A stretch of DNA of 64,000 nt from Corallochytrium limacisporum Hawaii (lineage: Eukaryota > Protista > Pluriformea). The stretch spans positions 1-64,000 of the forward strand of contig PDIP01000048.1 of NCBI GenBank assembly GCA_002811645.1, given 5' to 3'. The notes under the pieces are model-generated. The model saw only the letters and a program-made list of their open reading frames with translations, was not told where the DNA came from and searched no databases. Both the position numbers and the translations under genes were made by a program. This document shows, piece by piece, positions 46,901 to 57,643 of the stretch. Each line of letters begins with the position of its first letter. Position 1 is the first letter of the stretch.

Positions 46901-47027
46901 AGTCGGCAGCCGCATTCTGCCGATCCGTAGGTAACCCATGAGTGGTTTGTATCGTGACCACAAGGGCAACGACGAGCCGTACCACGCCTTCCATACTACT
47001 AAGATGTATGTACGAACGCCTCAACAT
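43992..47027 (-). CDS. Ethylene-receptor-like hybrid histidine kinase (ethylene-binding TM domain, GAF-like region, HisKA, HATPase, degenerate receiver, receiver)
   Basis: 'ISDVLIALSYFAIP', 'FPYRYV', 'AFILACGLSHL' and 'SKVATAVISVVTA'. H-box 'EFLAVMSHELRTPMNAII', 'NLTSNAIKFT', 'DTGVGI', 'YGGTGLGLAICK'. Receiver 'ILLVEDN...IDLCMPVMDG...KP'. Confidence 0.93.
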   Translation of the reverse strand: MLRRSYIHLSSMEGVVRLVVALVVTIQTTHGLPTDRQNAAADLNIMEAGDPAVLYGGPISSDAMQWTVFISDVLIALSYFAIPAQIMYFMAHLGNFPYRYVVGLLEAFILACGLSHLMMALEFLDRPRFAYSGASKVATAVISVVTAVAMARVIPQILEFPARLTSLEDEVRNRLEVTKALKEENTRFAKFKQFNDTVRSSIKVSTVAARATKAFVDLCDLGMCSIYLPSLDECEKGEVLKLQHKYSVAGNIPVPKVLPHYFTSGRDLPYSAGAEFLNLNETAGLGQLIRSEFRHCVPILLHYRPFNDDTSANTDSDINGSWERGNDAIIVLYSDRPIGGPEATIAIEAATTISIALEQAYQLRKEANNLRILANQKMMNHRLQEAKIMAEMKTKLKSEFLAVMSHELRTPMNAIIALISVLDTSRMTAEQKETFETIKSSSKTLLSILNDILDFSKYESISFQLENSPFDIVDCVQGCISLFASSAYDSKIALRYRIDPQTPQILQGDSLRLRQVMVNLTSNAIKFTSKGHVRIDVTGREISSDEYELACADAANFCSSFFDESVGQLHKAGSNNNRYSDLRHRYCSLKICISDTGVGIPEDSIPTLFQSFRQLDGSTTREYGGTGLGLAICKKLVSLMRGKIEVKSKLGRGSEFTVTVNLQIPEEYGACGENRCSHPTLLQDYAILVTASEIEAEDYSASLRLCGINQTKYFKQLQDAASAMLDTQRAGRRLPMIALIDIELSTPETMKNIHWWNQHFIVIFLSGNPSKERSLLADCPHRALVMRPMLISTLRNELSSLCPRCQESSLNMNVNRLDDAKQQDVQVPSQRSSVTRDSSTGSVVSEDSSMTILLVEDNKINQKVMRRLLDRLNHKYDIANNGAEGAEMAMSKYYDCALIDLCMPVMDGYSSSRRMNAHFGRSSSERPYIVALSADARPDTEEKARECGMDDFVPKPIDLGTLKACLKRAREYRKRRSLQLTTPDSLLSNGTNGGEHTTRDSDEPLIDWASD

Positions 47028-48459
47028 CCTTCGACCCTAAGACTTGGAAGGATATTCTTCAACACCCGTTGTATTCGTGTAAACCATGTTGTCGATTCAC
47101 CAACAGTTTCTTTTGTTACTAAATCTTCGGTGCAGTTTCGCTGTGACAATTCACATCTTTCCCATGTGAGATCGCATGCTATATATCCTCATATAGCTCT
47201 TGAACCGCACGTTGCACAGTCCGATTACGAATGGTGGTCAGAGGAAGCAACGAACGGTTGTCCAAGTGCGAACCTTTTAGATCGCGAGACAGATCTGTGA
47301 GAAGGCTTGACTACAGTAGATCCTGTGACATAGATTCATCCCGTGGATTGCGGTTCAAAAGACATATCCGAGATCCCATTAGGGACGTTCTTTTGTGTTG
47401 CTGGCGGGCTGGACATATCGGCCCCTGATGACGGTCATTAACACCTATTGACAGTGGGAAGTTGAAGGTGGCAGCTTTTGCTCCAGACCTTCCCCCGTTC
47501 TCTAACCATCCCTTTTTTCCACTGTCGACGAGAAAAGAAATTTCTGGTGAAGAAAAAAATGAGAAAAAGCAAACCGGAGATGTTCCCCCTCCCCCACAAA
47601 CACACACGCACACACTGCAGGAGGGGGAGAGAAGCAAAATAGTTATAAGCGGCATATTATGTATAGATATCTCCTTCCTGATTGTTTGGGCCCAATGACA
47701 CACACACGCACCCTCTTCACTTCTTTCGTTGCACACAGGAATTTCGTATCCACCTCTTCCCCCCCCCCTTTCCTTTCCCCTCATCTCTGTTCCCTCACCA
47801 CCCCAACCTCTCTTGCGACCACCACTTTTCCTGCTGAATCCCCAATTTCCCCCCTCCTCCTCCCTCCCCCGCTGTGACTCCCACACCGCTTTTGCTGAGA
47901 TCAGCGGATGATGGATCTTCTCTGGCTGTGCAAGTAGATAAATTTCTGTCCATGCTGGAATATCAACATCAGCGCAACTGACCTGTTTTGGGAACGGTTG
48001 AAGTTTGCGCTACTGCGCGATCTCTGCCTATGATTGTGGGTACGTGGAACCTTGTGTGTCGGGGCCGGCCAACCAACATACGTATAATCATTCCTTCAAC
48101 ACGGGGCGGTAGAAAACCTGCATGGTCGGGGTAAACGGTACCTCCTGTGAGCCGCTTGTACTCGCATGCCCCCAATGAATTTCTGGCACTCCTTTCTTGA
48201 ATAAAAACTCACACCAAAGTGTGGCAAGGGGGTTGGCCAACAAAACGGCAGGCACTCAGCCACAACACCACCGTGTGCATTGTTCGTTCATAGTCAACGA
48301 GCCGGCAGCGAACGAAAGGGGAGTGGAAGGAGAGCCATGCATCGAAAATAAGAAAAAGGGAAGCAAAGATTCACCTCAGTGGGAGGTGTTGCGGCCACGA
48401 AGGGCACGTGCACAGATGCCCACCCTTCCGACATCGGCTGGCTTAGGGGTGGGGAGGGG

Positions 48460-48651
48460 NNNNNNNNNNNNNNNNNNNNNNNNNNNNNNNNNNNNNNNNN
48501 NNNNNNNNNNNNNNNNNNNNNNNNNNNNNNNNNNNNNNNNNNNNNNNNNNNNNNNNNNNNNNNNNNNNNNNNNNNNNNNNNNNNNNNNNNNNNNNNNNNN
48601 NNNNNNNNNNNNNNNNNNNNNNNNNNNNNNNNNNNNNNNNNNNNNNNNNNN
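48460..48651. other. Assembly gap (N run)
   Basis: N run flanked by G-runs. Confidence 1.
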
Positions 48652-50869
48652 GGGGGGGTAAGGGGGACCCACACGAAAAAAGTCGTCGAAATTGCGGGCT
48701 GGACAAGCTTTCGGTGCGAGAATGCGTAGAGGAGAGTTGGCCCAGGGTGTACGGACGAAACAGACCTGGGCGACGAAGAAGGGGGGGTGGGGGAGGGACC
48801 GAAAAAGTGGGGTGGGCGACGGGATGGAGAGCGGATGCAAATTTGAACCTGCGCCTTTTGGAGACAGACGAGGGCAAGGAGAGGGGAAGGGTAGGGAGAG
48901 AGAGAATCAAACTTTCCTGGAAAGTATTCCCGCGACGAAAGTGGGAGATCCCCGGCGAATCAAATTGCTCCAGCAAAAGAACAGAAATTCGAGAAAAAAA
49001 AACCTGGGCAAAGCTTGCGCTTGTACCGTAAAAATCTCCGCGCGTCATTCAACAGAAACCTGTTTTTTTTTCTCCCAGCGGCGTTGACAATTTTTTGAGC
49101 CGTGCTCAGTGTTCTTGTCTGCGTCACTGGCTCTCGCCATAGGACACCCTCCCGCCGGTTTCGCAAACTCTCCTTTGCCGAGAGCCCCCTTTCGGTAAAA
49201 TTGAGTACCAAACCAGAACGGGCCGTCCCCACTCCTGCAGATCGTACCATACGCCATCGGATTAATATTCAATAGTTTCAGTATCGAAGTGGCACGAGAC
49301 ACTCGGCAGGGACCCCGAATCTCTTGGGAGATAAAATCAAAGTGTGACTGTGAACGTTGCGTTGACCGTACCAGCAAAATTAGAAAAGGAAGGGGGCCGC
49401 AGCAGGGGACCCCCGGGGAGCCGGAGGGGGGGGGGTGCCAGGGGCCGAATTTGTTTCAAAGCACTGAAGGACCATCCCTTCTAGGGGAGGGGCGCCTTAC
49501 CCTGCCGGGGCCACCAAGGTCACATCGCAGTGGTACTATGGGTGTTCATGGAAATAGAGGGCCACAAACTATTGGGGGGGGGGATTGTTGTTGGAGGACC
49601 AGTTATTCCTCTCGGATTATCAAATGCTTTGCCGACAAACACAATTCCCTCTGCCCAAATTGGTCCTTGTCAGGAGCATACAAATCCCCTGAGCATCAAC
49701 ACAATCTTTTCGCCACGACAACAGAGAGATCCTCAATTTGAAGATTTTCAACTGAGGTGAAAGTGGCGTCCCGCGCTCTGCAAACACATATTTCGCACAG
49801 CAACCGATGTCACAGTCTTCCAATCCTTACACACAGCCCGATGGCACCAATCACATTCCGCCCCGGAAACTGAGTCCGCGCATTCCTCAAGATTGCCCTT
49901 TGCGGGGGGGCAGCTAAGTGTTTTTCCCCCCTCAATAAACATTGTATGGCAGCAAGCGCAAAAAACCTGGATGATCTTTGGCTTACAGTACGACCGGAGC
50001 TTCAGAGTTCCACCCTTAATTCCACCCGCCATTGTCGGGCCTCATAGCTGTGACACGGCAAGGCGATCCATTCGAGCCATCGAAGGAAGCTGTATGGAGA
50101 TTACAAATGGCTATTTGCAGTGGAATGAAGATTCCACACCTTGATTCCAAAACATCGGAGTTCTTTGGTCAACAAAACGGGGAACGCAATCATCAATGAA
50201 TTGACTTTGGGGTTTGATTTCAACTCTAACCAAGACTTGAGGGACGGAATGGAAGCGGGAATAGACTTGTTGGCAAGGAGAATGGTATGTTTGCGGGATT
50301 GTGTGCGGACGGAGAAGGCGCCGCATAACTCGAATGGTGGTGCTGTAAGCGAACTATGGTAGATCTAGATTGTGATGCTTATTTCCTAAGACAATCACGT
50401 CCTTTTTGTTCACTTGGTCTCGGTCAATGGCCGTCCGTATTTCCTCCGGTACCATTGCACTATGAATAAAGCACATCATTATGGTCTGCAAAGACATCTT
50501 GTGCTCCGTCCGTGAGACCCCGTTTCTATGGGTTGTTCAAGCAAAGGGACATCTGGAGCGCTCTGTGCAGAGACCGCACACGCATACTTTGTCAACAGCG
50601 GTTATCGGTTTCTTGCGCCTTCCACTTTGTTCGGTTATTCTTTGCTTGACTTGGGTTAAGCCCTCCAGCCTCACAACAAATTTATATATACGGACTATTT
50701 TTAATATTTCGGATTTCTTGGACCTGATATCTTGGGGGTAGCCGGGCTTCGTCCCCGTGGTTTCGAATTGCGCATGGGTACATCAACGCCCAGTTCCCGA
50801 ACAAACTGCATGAACCGAGGATTTCAGGTGTAAACAGCAACAGCATGATTATGGGTTTTCTTCTCTTCC

Positions 50870-51279
50870 ATGATGGCAGAGTTCGTTGTCTTCGGAAAGC
50901 CTGACTGTGTCGACACTGCAAAGATGGAGCAGATGGCAGCGCAGCTGAAGATCAGTTTGCGGACTTTTGATCCCGTGTTGAATCTCATCGATTCCGGCGA
51001 ATGGGAGATCAAGGTGAGAGAACTATGTAAAAAAGAGATGTGGGATGACAGAAAGACCTCACCGATTATCTACCGCAATTAGGGCGACTCAGGGAAGCGT
51101 TTGGTCGGAGGTTAGGAGATGATGGCGTACTACTATATTTTTTTGAACATGACTAAAGTGCATATGACTTTGCCAAGATTCCTGTGGAAAACGCAGACAA
51201 TTTTTACGAAGGAATCCCAAAATCAGGTGCAAAGGTCAGCGAGGGAACGCTGGAACGGCCCGATAGTGAGGCCGCATAG
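50870..51279 (+). pseudogene. Disrupted MDH1B N-terminal (glutaredoxin-like) domain gene
   Basis: Reads 'MAEFVVFGKPDC...AKME...W...LCKKEMW...SPIIYRN*GDSGKRLVGG*EMMAYYY...MTK', then a frameshift to 'AYDFAKIPVEN'. This is colinear with the MDH1B N-terminus as I recall it. TAG at 51080 and 51113, frameshift near 51157. Confidence 0.6.
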
Positions 51280-52835
51280 CACACACAATCGAACTTTCGC
51301 GTTTCGCTCCCCAAGGCAACCGCAAGACCTCAAGCATCGTGTGTGCCAGCAAACACAATATGCTGAATGATGGGACTGAGTACGATGGCAACATGGCAGG
51401 TACGGCCAACCATGGTGACAGCTCGTCTGATGGAGCATTCGAGAGGAGCACAATAGAAACACGTGTATCGATGTATTCATTACCTCCCTCCCCCCTTGCC
51501 ATGGGAATCCATCCAGACCTCGCCACTCGCAGCACCAGTACTCCGTGCACAGAGTGCGTCCGTACGCGATGTTTGCGCTGGCTGTTCCTTGGTGCACAAT
51601 ACATGTGATCCTACCCATCGAAGGTTTGTAATATCGGGGGTTTACTGATTGAAAGGAGTTGCAAGTGACGTGTTGAAAGCACCCGACAGTGGATACGCGC
51701 ACAGGAAATCAGAATAAGTGCTGGCGAAAAAATATATCGCGATCCTCCGTCCTGGCCCCCTTCCGTGTCCTGAGAGTACTGAGAGCTGCTTCCCGCTTCC
51801 CCAGAGGCGTTCGGCGAGAATGGTAGTAGTGCACTCAGTACCGTCTGGTACGGTTCGCTGCTGGAAAAGGAAGGTTTCGCCTGCCTTTGTGTTTGATGCG
51901 CGCTCTTCTCCCCCCTCCCAACCCCCAAAACCTCATTGTGCAGTACATTAACTATGAGCTCTCGCACCTGGCTGAGTGCGTCTCCTGCATTGGGGAGTGG
52001 GTGTGCGTTGTTCCTTTTGTCCCATTTCTCGTGGAAGCAGGGATGAAGAAAAAAAAAAAAGTTGGGTGCCCGCTACCCGACTATACTTTCACTACCGAAA
52101 TGCCACCCGGTGCGATGAAAAACGAGCGTTTGCAGTGCCGCACCCATGGCCAGGAGACGGCTCACCAGCGGGCGGGCATTTGGCACAAAGGGGGTTTGCG
52201 CAATGAATTAGATACTGGTCCCACCGTTTCAATACACATCCAGTACTGAACATACTGACGGTTCACCTAAGAGCAATTGGGCAGCCCTGCCACACCCGTC
52301 ACTTCCGAGATCTGTGAAATCAATCTCACAGTTTTGGTGACTTTCTCATGCGCCGGGAGCCGTATATTCAGTATTAATGAAAGGGAGTGGCTGAGCGAGA
52401 GTGGGTCAGACAGGGGTGCTAAGGATTGTTCGCAGTGGAGAAAGACGGAGAGTTTTTGTGGGAGGTGCGACCGTCATCAAACCAACTAACCCCCCGCCCA
52501 TGTCTGCCTCCCAACTCACAGGCTCTGTGGTGCTGTTGTGCTTAAGCGATTGGACGTGCGCCACACCTTTTGGGCGCGCTATGTGCCTAGCCCGTGCCTC
52601 TGTTTTGCTTCACAGCCGTACATAGTACATAGGCAAAGTCCTATGATCTTGTTTGTCGTCTTTGCCTGAGTTATGCCAAGGAATTCATGTATTGCTTGGA
52701 TTCCGGAAGCTGTTGGGTGACAGAACTGGTATTTAAGGGCGGCCAATCAGGAGCAGGACTTTGAGCATACAGACAACCAAAGCTTAAAGAAACATTCTTT
52801 ATATTGTGTGCAACAGTAACTGACTTAATTAAGTA

Positions 52836-53498
52836 ATGACCATCATGCCCGGTAACGAGAAGCGTAAGCCCGTAGTTCTCCTGACTGGTTTCGGACCTTT
52901 CAACGAGTACAAGGAGAACCCGTCCTGGGACTACATCAACGAACGGATCGTCAAGAAGGTCGACAATGTTCTTAGTGACATCTGCGAAGTCCATTGCAAG
53001 GAGCTGGTGGTCAGCTACGAGCACTGCGCAACCAACACCCCTCGTCTGCAGCATGAACTTAAGCCAGATATTACCATCCACACCGGTGTAGCCCTGCCAA
53101 ACCAGTTCGCCGTGGAGAACAAATGTCGCAACGGACCCTTTGACAAGCCCGATCACTACAAGGACATGCGTGAGAGTCACAAGGTTGTCCCGGAGCTGGA
53201 TATCGACCATCACTACATGTGCCGCATGAACCTGCCCAAGATTGTGGAGGATGCAAGCCTCAAGATCAAGAAGACCATCCACACCAAGGACCCGGTGGTC
53301 TTCAAGGTATCCAACGATGCGGGTCTCTACCTGTGCGAGTACAACTATTTCCTGTCCAGTCACGCCCGCCAGCAGCCTGTGGTCTTCTTCCACATCCCGC
53401 CCTTCAACGAGCCCTGGACTAAGGAGGAGATCTTCGACACCTGCGACGTGATCGTCAAGACCATCGTTGAGGACTGCATTAAGCAGTTCTCTTTGTAA
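52836..53498 (+). CDS. PGPEP1: Pyroglutamyl-peptidase I (peptidase C15)
   Basis: 'LLTGFGPF', 'NPSW', 'IHTGV...VE', 'SNDAGLYLCEYNYF' and 'FFHIP'. Glu-Cys-His triad present. Confidence 0.93.
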   Translation: MTIMPGNEKRKPVVLLTGFGPFNEYKENPSWDYINERIVKKVDNVLSDICEVHCKELVVSYEHCATNTPRLQHELKPDITIHTGVALPNQFAVENKCRNGPFDKPDHYKDMRESHKVVPELDIDHHYMCRMNLPKIVEDASLKIKKTIHTKDPVVFKVSNDAGLYLCEYNYFLSSHARQQPVVFFHIPPFNEPWTKEEIFDTCDVIVKTIVEDCIKQFSL

Positions 53499-53917
53499 TC
53501 CCCCCCCATTAAACCCCCTGTTCCTTTTTTATCTTCCTTCCGTATCATCCATGAACCGTGCATGCTTGTTAGCTCTGACATGCAGAACAGATCACCTTCC
53601 TGCGGTGCGCACTCTTGCTGCATAGCGATCGAACGGATCACCTTCCAACACCGGTCCGCTTCCCCTGGTCAGGTCCTTTCTCTTGAATGAGGAGGAAGGG
53701 AGAAAAAGGAAGAGGGGGGGTGTTGCTCTCTAGTTCTCTCTATAAATAGAGCACAGGCTAACACCAATACGCACATCGTCCATAGATTAGCCACCTCGCT
53801 CAGGTCCTTCAGGGCCGCCTACATTGGCTCACTGTGGTCCACGAGAATGTGTGTGGCAATCGCTTCTTTACTTGTACGTCGGACTTGGTGCAAATTAAGG
53901 CCTGGGAACGGACGGAA

Positions 53918-54958
53918 ATGTCAACGGCTGCCATCGTCGACGCCCTGCTCTTCGGGCGGGTTGCTAAGCAGGTGCCGAAGGTGGTGCAGGACATAGTGAC
54001 CGGCACCGCCCGCATCACTACGCTGCAGGAATGGAAGCAAGTATACCAGTCGCGAATCTGTCCGGAGATCTCGCTGTCTATTCTAAGATCACTGGTGGCG
54101 GGATATGCAAGCGATCGCATGGCATGGGTATTCTCATCTGGCTACCAAGGCGCATTAATTTGGCACCTAAGGGCAAGAATACCGGAGGAGACGCAGTTGT
54201 TAAAGTCTCTGGAAACCAAGATTATGTGCTTTAGTGTGAATGAGAAAGACGTTAAGAACCCTAAAACCATGGGCACAGTGCTCACTGCCCAAGGTGATGG
54301 GTTTTTTATCAATGGCAGCAAATCCTGGGTGACACTCGGAGAGATGTGCGAGGTCATGCTGATCGCAGCCGGATATGGCGACGCAAGTCCTGATGGGAAG
54401 CGTAAACTGAAGCTCTGCGTGGTCCCCACGGCGGATGCAACTGGTATTACCTTGAACCTGAAGAAACCAACTCCGTTTACTCCTGAGATGCCTCACTCCG
54501 CCGCAGTACTTGAGAATGTATCCGTGCCTTCGGCCATGGTCTTCCCGCCGGGAGACAAAGACGGTTACGAAAGCTACGTCCGATGTTTCGGACCAGCCGA
54601 GGATGTCCATGTCATGATGGCGTTGACAGGCTACTGGTTGTCCATCGCCAACGGTCCGCTGAAGGGATCCGTGGACGCGACCATGCGCGCCGGCTGGATC
54701 TCCGAACTGGGCTGTGCTGTATCCATGGCACAGTGCCTGACTGACGTGGCCAACGGTGTGGATGCCGATTCGAACGCCGGACGTCTCATCCTGCACACTC
54801 TCTGCGAACGTGTCGTGAAAGTTCGATCGGCCATAGCGGAAGAGCTCAAGAAGGTGGACAAGGAATGGTACGAGCGGGAAAAGAGGGATGAGCCCCTTGT
54901 TCTGTTGCCAGCCAAAATGCGAAAAGCCCGGTTCGAGAGTTTGGCTGCGAAACTTTAA
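53918..54958 (+). CDS. Acyl-CoA dehydrogenase-like protein, bacterial-like, PTS1 C-terminus AKL
   Basis: 'WVFSSGYQGAL', 'CFSVNE', 'INGSKSWVT', 'PEMPH' and 'AEDVHV'. First ATG at 53918. TATAAA at 53741. Confidence 0.78.
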   Translation: MSTAAIVDALLFGRVAKQVPKVVQDIVTGTARITTLQEWKQVYQSRICPEISLSILRSLVAGYASDRMAWVFSSGYQGALIWHLRARIPEETQLLKSLETKIMCFSVNEKDVKNPKTMGTVLTAQGDGFFINGSKSWVTLGEMCEVMLIAAGYGDASPDGKRKLKLCVVPTADATGITLNLKKPTPFTPEMPHSAAVLENVSVPSAMVFPPGDKDGYESYVRCFGPAEDVHVMMALTGYWLSIANGPLKGSVDATMRAGWISELGCAVSMAQCLTDVANGVDADSNAGRLILHTLCERVVKVRSAIAEELKKVDKEWYEREKRDEPLVLLPAKMRKARFESLAAKL

Positions 54959-55122
54959 TGCGCGCCGACTATACAGAAATTGATTCCGTCATGTACATGC
55001 TTTCTCTGCTATTTTTCGTGTATTAAATCCCAATTTCTTGTTTGAACAACGTTTGCACACAACGAAGGAAGATGAACGTGTACAGAAGTTGAATTTTACA
55101 GTAGGTATCGGTAAACCTGATC

Positions 55123-56265
55123 TCAGAAGGAGATCTTATCACCGACCTGTTCATCCTCCACAATCGACGCCGGTTGCGACTGCAACAGGGAATACTGTCG
55201 CAGTAACTGACATTCACCTCCCTCTTGCGAGTCCAGAGCGTAGGTGTAGAAATAGCCCTCATTAGTGATCACCATGACCGTAGGGCTGGAGTTTGATATT
55301 GCACATATGCTCTTGAGTCCGGTCTTGGGAAGCTTAACGTGCGCGAAGTGACGCACTGGCTCCCAGATTTCCGTGAGCATCTCCGGAAGATAGGAACTAA
55401 GATACTCTGTGGTGTTTCCGAGACCAAGATAGTTCTGATTCGGGCTGACTTTCTTGATAGCCGACCCTTCAGACACTCCAGAACCCCCTGATCCGTCCTC
55501 GATTTTGAAAATGTGGATCGTGTCCGTGTCCGAGCTCACGCAGAGGAATTTGCCGGTCACACTGAAAGCGATCGAATAGATCGTGGCTGGTTTTGTACCC
55601 CTCCGGAACTGGAATAGTTTCTTGGAGTCTGGTACACTAAAGATCCGAATGATCGTTCCTTTGTCGCTGGCTGTGGCAATCATCGTCCCTGACTGGTTGA
55701 AGGCAATACAGCGTACGGGTGACTTGTGGGCCTGCAGCACGTTCACCGCTTGAATGCTCCGCACGTCAAAAATTAGCAATTCTCCCGTGTTGGCATTTGC
55801 GGGATAGGCCAGGAAGTTATTGTCCTGGTCCGGGCTTAATGCGACAATGCCAGCCTTGTTGAGCGTAGTCTGAAGTGTGTGCAGGAGGTTCATTGTGTTA
55901 ATGTCGTAAATGTAAATTTTGTCCTCCAACACCACTATCAGTCGTTTCCGATTCAACTTGACGCAAAGAATTGTGTTGGAGAAGTTAAGCTGACAGATTA
56001 CCGTGTTGCGTTTCGTGTTCGCGACCTGCAGTACGCGAGGCGACCTGTCGACTTTGTGCCCTCCGCCGACCTGAGCAACCAGACTGGTGCAGAAGAGCAT
56101 TTCAATGATACCCGTGTCCCCACATTCCTTGGTGTAGCCCTTGTTAAAGGGGTCACAGTTGTAAATGTGATAGCCAGTACTCGTACCCACCGATACGCAG
56201 CTGTAGTCCTGGTTGAAGTTCGCAAACAGGAACTGACTGCCGTCATCTAGCGAACTGACATTCAT
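55123..56265 (-). CDS. ATG18: PROPPIN autophagy protein Atg18/WIPI
   Basis: 'NFNQD', 'IEMLFCTSLVA', 'ATASDKGTIIRIF', lipid-binding 'FRRG' and 'SSDTDTIHIFK'. Confidence 0.96.
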   Translation of the reverse strand: MNVSSLDDGSQFLFANFNQDYSCVSVGTSTGYHIYNCDPFNKGYTKECGDTGIIEMLFCTSLVAQVGGGHKVDRSPRVLQVANTKRNTVICQLNFSNTILCVKLNRKRLIVVLEDKIYIYDINTMNLLHTLQTTLNKAGIVALSPDQDNNFLAYPANANTGELLIFDVRSIQAVNVLQAHKSPVRCIAFNQSGTMIATASDKGTIIRIFSVPDSKKLFQFRRGTKPATIYSIAFSVTGKFLCVSSDTDTIHIFKIEDGSGGSGVSEGSAIKKVSPNQNYLGLGNTTEYLSSYLPEMLTEIWEPVRHFAHVKLPKTGLKSICAISNSSPTVMVITNEGYFYTYALDSQEGGECQLLRQYSLLQSQPASIVEDEQVGDKISF

Positions 56266-56700
56266 TGTTTCACTGTTTGGCTCTTGTAAACTCGACCCAA
56301 CAATGTTAAACTTTCTTCAAATCAACCAATGCGTATTCCTGGTTTGGGATTCGTCCGAACACCCTCACATTGTGTTCTAATGCACCGTATGCGTTTTACT
56401 TGCCGGTATGTTACTATTGCTGGTTCTAGTCTTCCAGACACAGCGTATGGTCAATAATCAAACATCGTTTCATCAGGTACGTCGCCATTTTGCCACAAAT
56501 ACTTTCAATGGACGTACCCAATGATCTTGGCTACGCGTGTCTCCATACGGTCATGTACCTACTTTCCCAACACCAGCGAGCGACAGCACCGATCACGTCC
56601 GGGCTACGACCCGCTCGGGAAGGGGGGGGGCCTCCTCCTGCGAAGCCGCCAGTGAACCCAGCCCCGGAGAGCAGCCAGCGCCTGAGGAGTGGAAAAGGGG

Positions 56701-57643
56701 NNNNNNNNNNNNNNNNNNNNNNNNNNNNNNNNNNNNNNNNNNNNNNNNNNNNNNNNNNNNNNNNNNNNNNNNNNNNNNNNNNNNNNNNNNNNNNNNNNNN
56801 NNNNNNNNNNNNNNNNNNNNNNNNNNNNNNNNNNNNNNNNNNNNNNNNNNNNNNNNNNNNNNNNNNNNNNNNNNNNNNNNNNNNNNNNNNNNNNNNNNNN
56901 NNNNNNNNNNNNNNNNNNNNNNNNNNNNNNNNNNNNNNNNNNNNNNNNNNNNNNNNNNNNNNNNNNNNNNNNNNNNNNNNNNNNNNNNNNNNNNNNNNNN
57001 NNNNNNNNNNNNNNNNNNNNNNNNNNNNNNNNNNNNNNNNNNNNNNNNNNNNNNNNNNNNNNNNNNNNNNNNNNNNNNNNNNNNNNNNNNNNNNNNNNNN
57101 NNNNNNNNNNNNNNNNNNNNNNNNNNNNNNNNNNNNNNNNNNNNNNNNNNNNNNNNNNNNNNNNNNNNNNNNNNNNNNNNNNNNNNNNNNNNNNNNNNNN
57201 NNNNNNNNNNNNNNNNNNNNNNNNNNNNNNNNNNNNNNNNNNNNNNNNNNNNNNNNNNNNNNNNNNNNNNNNNNNNNNNNNNNNNNNNNNNNNNNNNNNN
57301 NNNNNNNNNNNNNNNNNNNNNNNNNNNNNNNNNNNNNNNNNNNNNNNNNNNNNNNNNNNNNNNNNNNNNNNNNNNNNNNNNNNNNNNNNNNNNNNNNNNN
57401 NNNNNNNNNNNNNNNNNNNNNNNNNNNNNNNNNNNNNNNNNNNNNNNNNNNNNNNNNNNNNNNNNNNNNNNNNNNNNNNNNNNNNNNNNNNNNNNNNNNN
57501 NNNNNNNNNNNNNNNNNNNNNNNNNNNNNNNNNNNNNNNNNNNNNNNNNNNNNNNNNNNNNNNNNNNNNNNNNNNNNNNNNNNNNNNNNNNNNNNNNNNN
57601 NNNNNNNNNNNNNNNNNNNNNNNNNNNNNNNNNNNNNNNNNNN
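56701..57643. other. Assembly gap (N run)
   Basis: N run flanked by G and A homopolymers. Confidence 1.

Noticed and set aside
50093-50362. Protein-like fragments upstream of the MDH1B-like remnant
   Set aside because: No family recognised and the frames do not join convincingly.
51080-51115. Genome-wide TAG reassignment as the explanation for the two in-frame TAGs
   Set aside because: USP7, the CHASE kinase and the selenoprotein end in TAG at plausible C-termini, and a frameshift accompanies the stops.
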